Shown here: piece after piece, positions 50,143 through 59,457 of the stretch | Layout of the letters: every line of letters starts with the position of its first letter | How positions within the stretch are numbered: the first letter of the stretch is position 1 | From: Ignavibacteriota bacterium | GTDB taxonomy: Bacteria > Bacteroidota > Ignavibacteria > Kapaibacteriales > UBA2268 | Length of the DNA: 64,000 bases | Direction of reading: 5' to 3' | Assembly: GCA_020437395.1 (NCBI GenBank) | Contig: JAGQWJ010000001.1 | Location: forward strand, 37,236-101,235 | Made by a program: the position numbers and the translations under genes | Notes under the pieces: generated by a model | Database searches by the model: none | What the model saw: the letters and a program-made list of their open reading frames with translations, nothing else | What the model was told of the DNA's origin: nothing

Positions 50143-50838
50143 TTATTTTAATTTGCCACTTTCAATTAATACTTTAGCGGCATATTCTGAATTAAGACTT
50201 TCAATTACCTTGCCAGCTTTTTTCTTTGACATCATTTTTAAGATATAAGCTGACTTTTTAGCATCTATATTTTCTAATATTTGTGCTACTTCAGTAGATT
50301 TTGAGTTATTGTAAATCTTCGCAAACTCTCTATATCTCTGCATGTTAACGGAATCATAATCACCGCTAACAATTTTATTCATCTCGACCAATCTAGTCTG
50401 TGCTAAATCATAGTTTTCTTTCAACGTTTGAATTTGTCCGTCTAGTAATCTTAAAGAATCTTTCAATACTTGTTCTTTTTTAGCCAATGTGGTTAATTGT
50501 GAACTAACGGAGTCCATTTTTTGACCACTATTAGCTGACTTATTCATAAGTTTATCATATTCACTTTTCACAGCATTATATTTCACTTTGAGATTCTTGT
50601 AATTTTTTTCAAGTGAATACATTCTATCAGTGTTTCCCTTCAGCTCTATTAACTCGTTACCAGAGATAACGAAACTCTTTGAGGGATCTACGTCATAGTA
50701 ATGGGCCTTTGTTTTCTCCAAATCAATCAATCCGAAAAAAGTGTTATCAATTTGGTAATACCACCACGCACCGCCAATCATTGCTATTGTTAGTAGCAAT
50801 GAGACTACGAATGTTATGAGAATTTGATATTTAGACAT
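50143..50838 (-). CDS. Flagellar operon protein with N-terminal TM and C-terminal MgtE_N-like domain (YlxF/FlbB-like)
   Basis: Position between fliJ and fliK, as in the B. subtilis fla/che operon. C-terminal AYILKMMSKKKAGKVIESLNSEYAAKVL. Confidence 0.45.
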   Translation of the reverse strand: MSKYQILITFVVSLLLTIAMIGGAWWYYQIDNTFFGLIDLEKTKAHYYDVDPSKSFVISGNELIELKGNTDRMYSLEKNYKNLKVKYNAVKSEYDKLMNKSANSGQKMDSVSSQLTTLAKKEQVLKDSLRLLDGQIQTLKENYDLAQTRLVEMNKIVSGDYDSVNMQRYREFAKIYNNSKSTEVAQILENIDAKKSAYILKMMSKKKAGKVIESLNSEYAAKVLIESGKLK

Positions 50839-51274
50839 TAGTCATCTTGTTAGTAAATTGTCGAATCGCTATTTCGTCAAGCTCTAATTGTTCTTTGTGA
50901 GCAATCTCATCTAAAAAAGCAGATTTCTTTTTTTCCTTAAGCTTTTGAAGTACTTTTTCTTCTTTTAGTGCATCATTATATTTTGTTCGCTTCAGACTTT
51001 CTATATCTAGTAAATTATCTAATTCCATCTGAAGTCTCTTTATCTCTTGATTAATAAACTCTTTGTGGTAATAGAATGCCTGAATTTCTTCTAATTTCTT
51101 GTTTTTATTTCTGGTCGCTTTGTGATTTTCTAATTTAACAAATTGTTCTTCAATAAGTTGCTCTTTCTCTATTCTTTTTCTAATTATAAGCTGCAACTCA
51201 GTCTTTGCTTCTTCGGTTTTGTCCGAACGCAACCTAAGTACAGTGTCTAATTTGAATTTGAATTGCTTTGCCAT
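50831..51274 (-). CDS. fliJ: Flagellar export chaperone FliJ
   Basis: 147 aa coiled-coil. MAKQFKFKLDTVLRLR start typical of FliJ. Located after fliI. Confidence 0.65.
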   Translation of the reverse strand: MAKQFKFKLDTVLRLRSDKTEEAKTELQLIIRKRIEKEQLIEEQFVKLENHKATRNKNKKLEEIQAFYYHKEFINQEIKRLQMELDNLLDIESLKRTKYNDALKEEKVLQKLKEKKKSAFLDEIAHKEQLELDEIAIRQFTNKMTNV

Positions 51275-51284
51275 TTTCCATTAC

Positions 51285-52631
51285 CTACTTTGTCAGTTTC
51301 ATTAACTGGTCAACTGTTTCGTCGTAAGAAATTATCTCGTTAGTAGATTGCATAAGAAATTTATTGATAGCATCAATTTTGCTTATTGCCTTGTCCGTCT
51401 CGGGGTTTGATCCTGATTTATATGCACCAACATTAATCAAATCTTCTGAATTTCTGTATGTCGCAATCATTCTTTGAATCTGGTAAGCTGCGTTAGAGTG
51501 TTCGTTACTAATTATATCTCTCATAACCCGTGATATGCTACCAAGTACTTCAATAGCGGGATAGTGACCCCGTGCGGCTAATTCTCGCGATAGTAATATA
51601 TGCCCATCTAATATACCCCTAACAGTATCTGAGACAGGTTCGTTCATATCGTCGCCCTCCACTAATACTGTATAGAGCCCTGTAATGCTTCCTTTAGCCG
51701 ATGTACCTGCTCTTTCCATTAGTTTTTGTAGCCCCGTGAATACGGAAGGCGTATATCCTTTGCTAGTTGGTGGTTCACCAATCGTAAGTCCAACTTCGCG
51801 TTGAGCCATTGCAAATCTTGTTGCTGAATCCATCATAAACATTACATCCAATCCTTCTTCTCTGAAATACTCAGCGATTGTTGTTGCCGTATAAGCCGAT
51901 TTTACTCTAGTCAAAGGTGGATCATCACTAGAAGAAACAATTATAACTGAACGTCTTAGCCCTTCTTCTCCCAAATCTTTTTCAATGAACTCTCGAACCT
52001 CACGCCCCCTTTCTCCTATTAATGCGATTACGTTAATATCTGCGTTCGTATTGCGAGAAATCATACCTATCAATGTAGATTTACCAACTCCTGAACCTGC
52101 GAATATACCTACCCTTTGGCCTTTACCAACCGTCAATAAACCATCAATTGTCTTAACGCCTGTTGAAATTGGCTCTTCAATTCTTTTTCTGAACAAAGGA
52201 TTAGGAGGAGTAGCATAAATTGATCTTCGTTCCGAAGTTATTATCTCACCTTTCCCATCAATTGGATTTCCCAAACCATCTAGTATTCTACCCAGCAATT
52301 CACGTCCAACGCTAACTTTCAGCTTTTCACCAGTGGCAGCTATTTTCATACCTGGATAAAGGTTTTCTGTGTCACCATAGACCATAGAAAGTATCCTATT
52401 GCCTTCTTTGAAACCAACTACTTCTGACTTACTTACTACATTGCCTTTAGAATCTTTCAGATTACAAATCTCACCTACTGGTACTTTAGGACCATTACTT
52501 TCTAATACTAATCCGATCATCTGTGTGAGATTTCCAGTTTTAGACCTAGTATCAAAATCATCTATATCCTTTACAATACTTTCAGTAATATCAGTCAGAT
52601 TAAACATCTTCTTTCCTAATTCCTTTTTCAA
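51285..52631 (-). CDS. fliI: Flagellum-specific ATP synthase FliI
   Basis: Walker A GSGVGKST, Walker B and an F1-ATPase beta-like fold. Confidence 0.9.
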   Translation of the reverse strand: MKKELGKKMFNLTDITESIVKDIDDFDTRSKTGNLTQMIGLVLESNGPKVPVGEICNLKDSKGNVVSKSEVVGFKEGNRILSMVYGDTENLYPGMKIAATGEKLKVSVGRELLGRILDGLGNPIDGKGEIITSERRSIYATPPNPLFRKRIEEPISTGVKTIDGLLTVGKGQRVGIFAGSGVGKSTLIGMISRNTNADINVIALIGERGREVREFIEKDLGEEGLRRSVIIVSSSDDPPLTRVKSAYTATTIAEYFREEGLDVMFMMDSATRFAMAQREVGLTIGEPPTSKGYTPSVFTGLQKLMERAGTSAKGSITGLYTVLVEGDDMNEPVSDTVRGILDGHILLSRELAARGHYPAIEVLGSISRVMRDIISNEHSNAAYQIQRMIATYRNSEDLINVGAYKSGSNPETDKAISKIDAINKFLMQSTNEIISYDETVDQLMKLTK

Positions 52632-53394
52632 GATCTTTTATCGTTTCTTCACGTTTTCTTATCTTTGTGGTTTGAAAGTCCCTTTCTAATTTTTGCATCA
52701 TATTGTACAATTCTTCTGTTATTCTTGCTTCTAACATTCCAGAATCTGTAACAATAACGCAATCGTTCAATTCAATTGCTTCATCTTCGATCAATTCGAC
52801 TTTATTTGACTCAAATTCAAGTAATTTGGGGTCGGAATCTCTAACCTGCTTAATAGTAGCAGGGTTCAACCTAACACTAATTAGGGTAGAACCTTTTGCT
52901 TCTTCAATTAATTTAGAAATCCTATTGGTTACAGAGTCACTATTTAGAATTGTCTCTGTTCTCATTATGTGCAATGCTACTTTCTTAGCAATGTGGAGAA
53001 CAGAATCGTGTAGTTGAATTAGCAAAGCATTGCTTTTTTCTTCAATCTCTTGAGTTATGCCTTCTAAAGTTCTCATTTTCTCAACGAAATTTTTTATCTC
53101 AGCTCTGGCAACTGCCATCTCAGACATTTGTCCTTCTTCGAAACCTCTGTCATAGGACTTTTGCATTTCTTCTTGTGCAAATTCTATCGGAATTACACCC
53201 TTTGGTATATTATCCAGATTTATAGAAATTGGTTCGGAGCTATCTTCTAAAACAAAATGATGAGTAAAGCAAGTTCTCCCAATTTGATTTACCACTTTAG
53301 AATTATTTTTTCGTACATCAGATTTATCGAAAAATCTTTCAATTTTTAATTTTCGGCTCTGAGTTCGTGGTATTTTTACTAAAAGTTCTTGCAC
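52600..53394 (-). CDS. fliH: Flagellar assembly protein FliH
   Basis: C-terminal VRLNPATIKQV...IVTDSGMLEARITEEL FliH domain. Overlaps fliI. Confidence 0.65.
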   Translation of the reverse strand: MQELLVKIPRTQSRKLKIERFFDKSDVRKNNSKVVNQIGRTCFTHHFVLEDSSEPISINLDNIPKGVIPIEFAQEEMQKSYDRGFEEGQMSEMAVARAEIKNFVEKMRTLEGITQEIEEKSNALLIQLHDSVLHIAKKVALHIMRTETILNSDSVTNRISKLIEEAKGSTLISVRLNPATIKQVRDSDPKLLEFESNKVELIEDEAIELNDCVIVTDSGMLEARITEELYNMMQKLERDFQTTKIRKREETIKDLEKGIRKEDV

Positions 53395-53417
53395 AATTAT
53401 TACCTTAAGATTTATGA

Positions 53418-54443
53418 TTAAACGAATACATCGTCGTTTCCTCTTCCGCCAATCATTATTTCTTCTTTCTCTTCTAACTCTTTTATCTTATCTACTATTC
53501 TGGTTTGTGCTTCTTCGACTTCTTTTAACTTAACAGGCCCCATAAATTCCAGTTCTTCTTTTACTACATCAGCTGCACGTTCTGACATATTTTTGAAGAT
53601 TTTCTCTTGTATTTCTTCACTAGATATTTTCATAGCCAGAGCTAAATCACGCTTATCAATTTCACGAAGCAATCTTTGTATTCCTCTATCATCAATTAAG
53701 ATAATATCTTCGAATAGGAACATTAGTCGTTTTACTTCCATTGCAACTTTCGGATCGTGTTGTTCTAAATTCTCAATCATCTGCTTAGCAACTTGATTAT
53801 TAACCTTGTTGAGAATATTAGCCAACATTTTAGAGCCACCAGCACTAGATACACTCTGAGTTAAAGTAGATGCAGCTATCTCATCTAGTACACTCTCTAC
53901 TCTTCCTAATGATTCTGGTGATACTTTGCCAAGTGTGGCTATTCTTTGAACTGTTTCCATTTTCAATTCGTCGTCAAATTCACTTAAGACAAGAGCGGAT
54001 TGATCTGGATCAAGGTGCGAAAGAATAAGAGCTACCGTTTGTGGGTGCTCTTTTTTCAAGAAATTAGCTAATTGCTCCGGATCGGCTTTTTTCAGCACTG
54101 AGAAGCTCTTCACATTAGACATTAGCTTAATTTTGTCTGTTAACTCTTTTGCCCTCTCTGGTCCATAAGTCCTTTCTAGCAAGGATTGGGCATATCCGAT
54201 ACCGCCTTCAACATAAGCGCTAGAAGTGCTCATTAGTTGATAGAATTCGGCCAAAACTAAATCAATATCTTCTTGGTCTATTCCTTTTAGCTTAGATATT
54301 TCCGTAGCTATGGACTCCACCTCTTTCATATCCATTCTTTGGAATATTTTCGCAGCCACATCTACATCTAAAGACATCAACAGAGCCGCTACTTTTTGTT
54401 TACCGCTTAGTTTTTTTAATACTAATTCTTCTGTATCACTCAT
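53418..54443 (-). CDS. fliG: Flagellar motor switch protein FliG
   Basis: 341 aa. LSGKQKVAALLMSLDVDVAAKIF N-terminus. Three armadillo-like domains. Confidence 0.85.
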   Translation of the reverse strand: MSDTEELVLKKLSGKQKVAALLMSLDVDVAAKIFQRMDMKEVESIATEISKLKGIDQEDIDLVLAEFYQLMSTSSAYVEGGIGYAQSLLERTYGPERAKELTDKIKLMSNVKSFSVLKKADPEQLANFLKKEHPQTVALILSHLDPDQSALVLSEFDDELKMETVQRIATLGKVSPESLGRVESVLDEIAASTLTQSVSSAGGSKMLANILNKVNNQVAKQMIENLEQHDPKVAMEVKRLMFLFEDIILIDDRGIQRLLREIDKRDLALAMKISSEEIQEKIFKNMSERAADVVKEELEFMGPVKLKEVEEAQTRIVDKIKELEEKEEIMIGGRGNDDVFV

Positions 54444-54460
54444 TTATTCTACCTCCAAAC

Positions 54461-56266
54461 TCATTCTAATTGCAGACTGCCATCAGAATTGCTTGCTGCG
54501 TAAGTTCTAATTAATTTCACTGCTTCTTCAGGATGGTTAATCATGAATTGTTCAATTTTCTTTTTAATTTCTAATTTCATCAATCTTTCTTCCGAAAGAG
54601 TTTCAAAGTCATCTAGAACCATATCGCTTTGCGATTTTGTATCTAAACTAATTGATTGACCTCTATCAGTACCGGTGCTATTCATTGCTTCTTCTAACTC
54701 CAATTTCAAATTACGCCCTTCTAACTTGGCTTGCTTTTCGCCATTTAGTAGCATTTGGTCTGGTACATCAGATGGCATAAACATCATCTCGTCGTCCAAA
54801 TCTAAATCGTCCAATGGTTGTTTAACACTAGCCAGTCTATCATTCAAAGTAGCATCAGTTGGAAGAGAAAGAGCTACTTTCATCTTCTCTTTCACAAATG
54901 GTGAACGAATTAATAAGTACATTAATATACCAACTAACACTAATCCTACTAAAATAAGTATTATTTTCTTATTAACAGGATTATCATACCACTCTACTGG
55001 CTCGTTCAAATCAAATTGGTCAATAGTCAATGTATGTTCAAAAGGAACATTTATTACGGATATTTGATCGTTTCTGGTCGGATCATAGCCAACTGCATTC
55101 CTAACAATTTCTTCGAATTTTTGCATCTCCTCATCGGAGCGAGGACTGTATTTGACTTCTTTTACACCATTATTATCTACAAGTTCAGTTGTACCATTAA
55201 TCATAGCGGCTATTGATAATTTTTTTATAGCTCCTACTTCTTGTATTATGTGTTCTACACTATTAGAAATCTCATAGTTAGTGAGACTGTTACCTTCATT
55301 TTTTGCCATATTCACATAAGGGAAGCTAAGCGAATCCGTTGTCTGACTTTCATTGTTAATCGTTTGTTCACTTCTTGCTACTTGGCTTTCTGGATCATAA
55401 GAAGTTAATGTCTTTTCTATTCTTGTAAAGTCAAGCTCGGCATTAACTTTTACTTTAGAGTTACCCAACCCCAAAGCACCAGCTAATAAATCCTCGACTT
55501 TTGTCTGCAAATATGACTCTACGCTTTTTTGTTGATTGTGTTGTGCTTCAGTCACTCCTGCGGGAGAGTTGACATCAAGGACTTCCTCAGAAAGTAATCG
55601 ACCTCTTTGATCTGTAATTTTCACATGGTCTGTTTCCATACCTTCTATACTATTTGCAACCAAACTTTGAATACCAATAACACTATTTTGCGGTAATCTA
55701 CGGTTGTTATTCAAATGCACTGTTACCGAAGCGGTGGGTGGCTTTTGGTCTTTGGCGAACAATGCAGTTTCAGGTATCACAATGTGCACTCTCGATTTTT
55801 CAACTTCATCGAACGAATTGATAGTACGTGACAACTCTCCTTCGAGTGCTCTTCTGTAATTTATTTTTTGAACAAACTCTGACATACCCAAATTTGTTTG
55901 ATCAAATATCTCATAACCAACGCCCCCTTCACTCGGAATCCCCTTCGTTGCTAATGCCATTCGTGCTTCGTTTACTTTGTCTGCCTCGACTTTTATAATA
56001 TCTCCAGATGGACTGATTTCATAATCTATGTTGTTTTCCGTAAGATATTCTATTGCTCCAGCAGCATCAGTGTCATTTAGTCCCTTGTAAAGAGTCTTCA
56101 TATTGCCAGAAGTAGCAGATGATATAATCATAACAATGACTACTAACACTAGTGCTAATGCACCAACTATACCAGCTTTCTGCCCTGTATTCAAACCAGA
56201 CGAAAATTGTTGGAATTGACTAAGAGCATTGTTATTTTTCTTTTTTTCTAATTTATTGTCAGCCAT
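54461..56266 (-). CDS. fliF: Flagellar MS-ring protein FliF
   Basis: 601 aa. N-terminal TM, YscJ/FliF ring-building region, C-terminal TM plus the FliG-binding tail. Confidence 0.85.
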   Translation of the reverse strand: MADNKLEKKKNNNALSQFQQFSSGLNTGQKAGIVGALALVLVVIVMIISSATSGNMKTLYKGLNDTDAAGAIEYLTENNIDYEISPSGDIIKVEADKVNEARMALATKGIPSEGGVGYEIFDQTNLGMSEFVQKINYRRALEGELSRTINSFDEVEKSRVHIVIPETALFAKDQKPPTASVTVHLNNNRRLPQNSVIGIQSLVANSIEGMETDHVKITDQRGRLLSEEVLDVNSPAGVTEAQHNQQKSVESYLQTKVEDLLAGALGLGNSKVKVNAELDFTRIEKTLTSYDPESQVARSEQTINNESQTTDSLSFPYVNMAKNEGNSLTNYEISNSVEHIIQEVGAIKKLSIAAMINGTTELVDNNGVKEVKYSPRSDEEMQKFEEIVRNAVGYDPTRNDQISVINVPFEHTLTIDQFDLNEPVEWYDNPVNKKIILILVGLVLVGILMYLLIRSPFVKEKMKVALSLPTDATLNDRLASVKQPLDDLDLDDEMMFMPSDVPDQMLLNGEKQAKLEGRNLKLELEEAMNSTGTDRGQSISLDTKSQSDMVLDDFETLSEERLMKLEIKKKIEQFMINHPEEAVKLIRTYAASNSDGSLQLE

Positions 56267-56285
56267 AATTTTTTCCTATCTAAAT

Positions 56286-56597
56286 TTAGACTTGCATTCT
56301 GTTCACTTCTTTATAAAGTTCAATCGCTTTATTACGAAGCTCCATAAGTAATTCAAAACTAGTCTTTGCTTTTTCTGCACTAATCATAACATCGTGCAAA
56401 TCTACTGGTTCACCTTTGATAAATGCTTCTGATTTGTCTTTCGATTCTAATTGGAGTGTATTTACATCGCTGATGAACTCACTCAGAGTATCAGAGAATT
56501 TTACGTCGCTTTTGCTACCAGCTTTGATAGTGTTGGATTGATTTTGCGAATCAACTAAGGCCGAAATACGCCCAGCTGCTGGCTCTATAGGTAACAT
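56286..56597 (-). CDS. fliE: Flagellar hook-basal body protein FliE
   Basis: 103 aa ending ...ELRNKAIELYKEVNRMQV, the characteristic FliE C-terminus. Confidence 0.75.
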   Translation of the reverse strand: MLPIEPAAGRISALVDSQNQSNTIKAGSKSDVKFSDTLSEFISDVNTLQLESKDKSEAFIKGEPVDLHDVMISAEKAKTSFELLMELRNKAIELYKEVNRMQV

Positions 56598-56651
56598 AGT
56601 GTACTTCCGTGTAATTAAATGAATAGTCTTCCTGACTATATTTTTTTGTTC

Positions 56652-56948
56652 TTATACTTTTGCGTCTAACATTGTACCAAGAGCAAAAGTTTTGCTCTGA
56701 ACTTTACCATTTCTGTTAAACACTATATGTCTGTCAAGCGATGCCGAACTTTCAGGAAACATTTTCTTAAAGAAATTTTTCTCATTATCTGAAAGAATCG
56801 TATCAGGTTGATTTACTTTATCGTTGAACTCTTCGAGTTTTTGTTTCTGAGGAGAATTGGTCTTGTTGACTCTACTCTTAGAAGCAATACCCTCCGAGTT
56901 GTTATTATATATTCTTGTTATCTGATTATCAGTCGAATTTAATCTCAT
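56652..56948 (-). CDS. Hypothetical 98-aa protein inserted between flgC and fliE
   Basis: ORF in an operon position that is normally empty. Hydrophilic, no TM segments. Unknown family. Confidence 0.35.
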   Translation of the reverse strand: MRLNSTDNQITRIYNNNSEGIASKSRVNKTNSPQKQKLEEFNDKVNQPDTILSDNEKNFFKKMFPESSASLDRHIVFNRNGKVQSKTFALGTMLDAKV

Positions 56949-56958
56949 CTATTCAGCT

Positions 56959-57444
56959 CTATATTTCCAAAGAATATCGGGCTAGATTTTTTGCTGCATC
57001 TACTACTTGAGCATTTGCCTGAAAAGCTCTTTGTGCAGAAATCATCTCAACCATTTCAGTAACTATATTAATATCTGGCATCTGAACATAACCATCTGCA
57101 TTAGAATCTGGATGATTAGGGTCATAGACCATACGAGGAGCCGAATTGTCCTTCACTGTTCTAGCTCTTAGCACTTCGTTTTCGTTTTCCAAACCATTGT
57201 TAATCGCCGATCCAGAGTGTCCAACATTAGTTTTGTCCAATTGCAAAGTAGCGTGCATACTTTTTTCGAAAGGACTATCCTTTATATCGCGCACCACTAC
57301 TACTTCACGTTTGTAAGGCATTCCGTCATCAGCTTTGGTCGTGTTAGCATTAGCTATATTTCTAGCCACAGCAGACAACCGCAATCGCTGTACGCTCATG
57401 CCTTGTCCGCTAATATTAAAACTAGAAAATATGTTCTCAGCCAT
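56959..57444 (-). CDS. flgC: Flagellar basal-body rod protein FlgC
   Basis: N-terminal Flg_bb_rod helix (VARNIANANTT) and C-terminal MPDINIVTEMVEMISAQRAFQANAQVV. Confidence 0.85.
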   Translation of the reverse strand: MAENIFSSFNISGQGMSVQRLRLSAVARNIANANTTKADDGMPYKREVVVVRDIKDSPFEKSMHATLQLDKTNVGHSGSAINNGLENENEVLRARTVKDNSAPRMVYDPNHPDSNADGYVQMPDINIVTEMVEMISAQRAFQANAQVVDAAKNLARYSLEI

Positions 57445-57452
57445 AACTTTAC

Positions 57453-57875
57453 TTAACTATTTGTTCCTTTAATAGAACTAGACATCCCAGAAAAGTACTT
57501 ATTGACCATTTTGGAAACTAGTCTAAATCTAATTTGGTTTTCCGCAGATTCTGCCATCTCCTTGTCCAAATTGACATGGTTTTCTCCGCTGAAGAAAACT
57601 TCAGCATCGGGAATATCTCTGTATTCCTTTTCCCCCGCTGGCACACCAGAGTTAACTTTACCCAATGGTATATGACCCGATTTGGTCTCTACTCCTTTGA
57701 GTACAACCTCCTCATTGTGGAACAATTCTTCGAACTTAACCCTTTCGGGTCTGTAGTTCGGAGTGTCGGCATTGGCTATGTTCTTTGCAGTTGTCTGCTG
57801 CCTAAGTGCATAGGAATCTAACGCCTTTGTCATCAATGGGAGTTTCTTATTAAATAGAAAATCCTTTACTAGCAT
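57453..57875 (-). CDS. flgB: Flagellar basal-body rod protein FlgB
   Basis: ALRQQTTAKNIANADTPNYRP N-terminal rod motif. C-terminal rod helix. Confidence 0.8.
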   Translation of the reverse strand: MLVKDFLFNKKLPLMTKALDSYALRQQTTAKNIANADTPNYRPERVKFEELFHNEEVVLKGVETKSGHIPLGKVNSGVPAGEKEYRDIPDAEVFFSGENHVNLDKEMAESAENQIRFRLVSKMVNKYFSGMSSSIKGTNS

Positions 57876-58012
57876 CGTATCATCCTGATATTTTACTTGT
57901 CAAGCTAAAAGTACGCAAACTAAATGCCAAATAAATTCGTAAAATTTATTTACAATTCATAAACATATTATAAAAACATTTATTTTCATACAGTTACTTA
58001 TTACGCTAAAAT

Positions 58013-58071
58013 ATTATCCACAACTGTAATCCCCTAATAATGTGGATAAATAATAGCATAATATTATACAC
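58013..58071. promoter_or_regulatory. Cluster of three DnaA boxes (TTATCCACA; TGTGGATAA as its inverted copy; TTATACACA) in an AT-rich stretch – candidate oriC core or DnaA-regulated site
   Basis: Exact consensus 9-mers at 58013..58021 (+) and 58040..58048 (reverse). TTATNCACA match at 58063..58071. The flanking region 57900..58000 is extremely AT-rich. Confidence 0.4.
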
Positions 58072-58102
58072 ATTTGTATAATTGTGCGAAAAAAAGCCAT
58101 AA

Positions 58103-58576
58103 ATAGATAATGAACAATCGTTAATAAATGTCTCAGATGATGGTAAATATTTTGTTTCAATCAATGAAGGTGAGGCATACCTCAAAGTATGGGATTTAGA
58201 GAAAATGAAACTAATCGTTAATGAGCCATTGTTTGATATCAATAGTGACGATTGGTGTAGGGCAGAAGATATTTATTTTTCTAAGATAAATCCCGATTTA
58301 ATTTATTATTGAGGGTTATTGACAAAAAGTGATAACGGTGATAGACTGAGTGGTATATTTTCTTATAATATTGACAGTAAGGTCAAGAGAAGACTTGTGA
58401 ATAATGGCATTTATAATGGGAACAAGATGACTTTTTTGGGTATTGATACAAGAGATTTAAATAGTTCTGTTTGGAGGGTAGGTGTTATTAATTTGGAAAG
58501 TGATGAATTGGAGTACTATGGACAAGCCCCAGAAAATATATACCCTGACAAAGTAATATATTCTTTGGGACTTTAA
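58103..58576 (+). pseudogene. Decayed beta-propeller (WD40-like) gene: one frame interrupted by an in-frame TGA at 58310..58312, with no ATG for the upstream part
   Basis: Frame-2 translation gives ...DDGKYFVSINEGEAYLKVWDLEKMKLI...INPDLIYY*GLLTKSDNGDRLSGIF...VWRVGVINLE.... TGA functions as a stop elsewhere in the window. Confidence 0.4.
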
Positions 58577-58638
58577 CTCCATATTTTTTATTTTGTTAGT
58601 TATTAATCATATTATTTAAAAAATAGTTAAGCAGGTAT

Positions 58639-59055
58639 TTGATGAGCTGGGTAAGAATATGGGTACATATCGTATTTTCAACTAAGAATAGAGAACCATT
58701 GCTGAAAGATAATTTGAGGGATTATGTATTTGACCATATCAGGCAAACAGCTAAAGAGAGAAATATTTATATCAAATCTATAGATGGATGGGAAGATCAT
58801 TGCCACTGTTTGATAAGATTGAACAAAGATGAATCACTCAATACCTTAGTTCAACAAATAAAAGTAGAGTCAACAACTTGGATGAATAAATCGAATCTTA
58901 TAAAAGGTTTCGAATGGGAAGATGATTATTTAGCAGTATCAGTTAGCGAATCTAACTTGGAGAAAGTTATCCATTATATTGACAGTCAATCTGAGCATCA
59001 TAAATTCAAATCTTTTGATGAAGAATACAAGGATTTTTTGGAATACTTTAAGTAG
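58639..59055 (+). mobile_element. tnpA: IS200/IS605-family Y1 (HuH) transposase TnpA, solo (no tnpB) – could also be a REP-associated tyrosine transposase (RAYT)
   Basis: 138 aa. VRIWVHIVFSTKNRE start. HuH motif DHCHCLI. C-terminal catalytic-Tyr motif HYIDSQSEHH. Confidence 0.7.
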
Positions 59056-59275
59056 AAGTTTTGAATGGGTTATAATACAGATTATGATAAATCTAGACAA
59101 ATAGCGATAGCTTTATTTCAATTGGTGATACAATAGAATAGACTATGGCAAAGCATTAATACACTTCAGAAAGATTTTCCACATTTTCTTTTGGGTATTT
59201 ACCTAAAAACTAATTAACTTTGTAGTTCTTAAAAAAAGAATTTAATAAAAGATATTTAATCACTAAGGTATAGAT

Positions 59276-59416
59276 ATGAAAAGAACGTACCAACCAAGTA
59301 ATAGAAAAAGAAAAAACAAGCACGGTTTCAGAGCTCGTATGGCAACTAAAAACGGTAGAGCTGTATTAAACAGAAGAAGAGCTAAAGGAAGAAAGAGACT
59401 TTCTGTAAGCGGTTAA
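59276..59416 (+). CDS. rpmH: 50S ribosomal protein L34
   Basis: [46 protein letters not shown] matches L34 almost residue for residue. Not in the ORF track because it is shorter than 60 aa. Confidence 0.9.
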   Translation: MKRTYQPSNRKRKNKHGFRARMATKNGRAVLNRRRAKGRKRLSVSG

Positions 59417-59457
59417 CTGCACTTGTTTTTTGAACAAGAATTATTAGGATTTGCAAG

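Noticed and set aside
58006-58242. 78-aa minus-strand ORF in the flgB upstream region
   Set aside because: It overlaps the AT-rich DnaA-box stretch and the plus-strand decayed propeller gene. No homology. Likely spurious.
58310-58312. In-frame TGA read as selenocysteine or recoded sense codon
   Set aside because: TGA clearly acts as a stop for several well-defined genes in this window (e.g. the OmpA-family gene ending at 19855). No SECIS-like hairpin follows. A pseudogene is the simpler explanation.
59056-59275. IS200/IS605 right-end hairpin or REP-like palindromes flanking tnpA
   Set aside because: Only weak, imperfect dyads (e.g. AGCGATAGCT) were found. They are not convincing as transposon ends.
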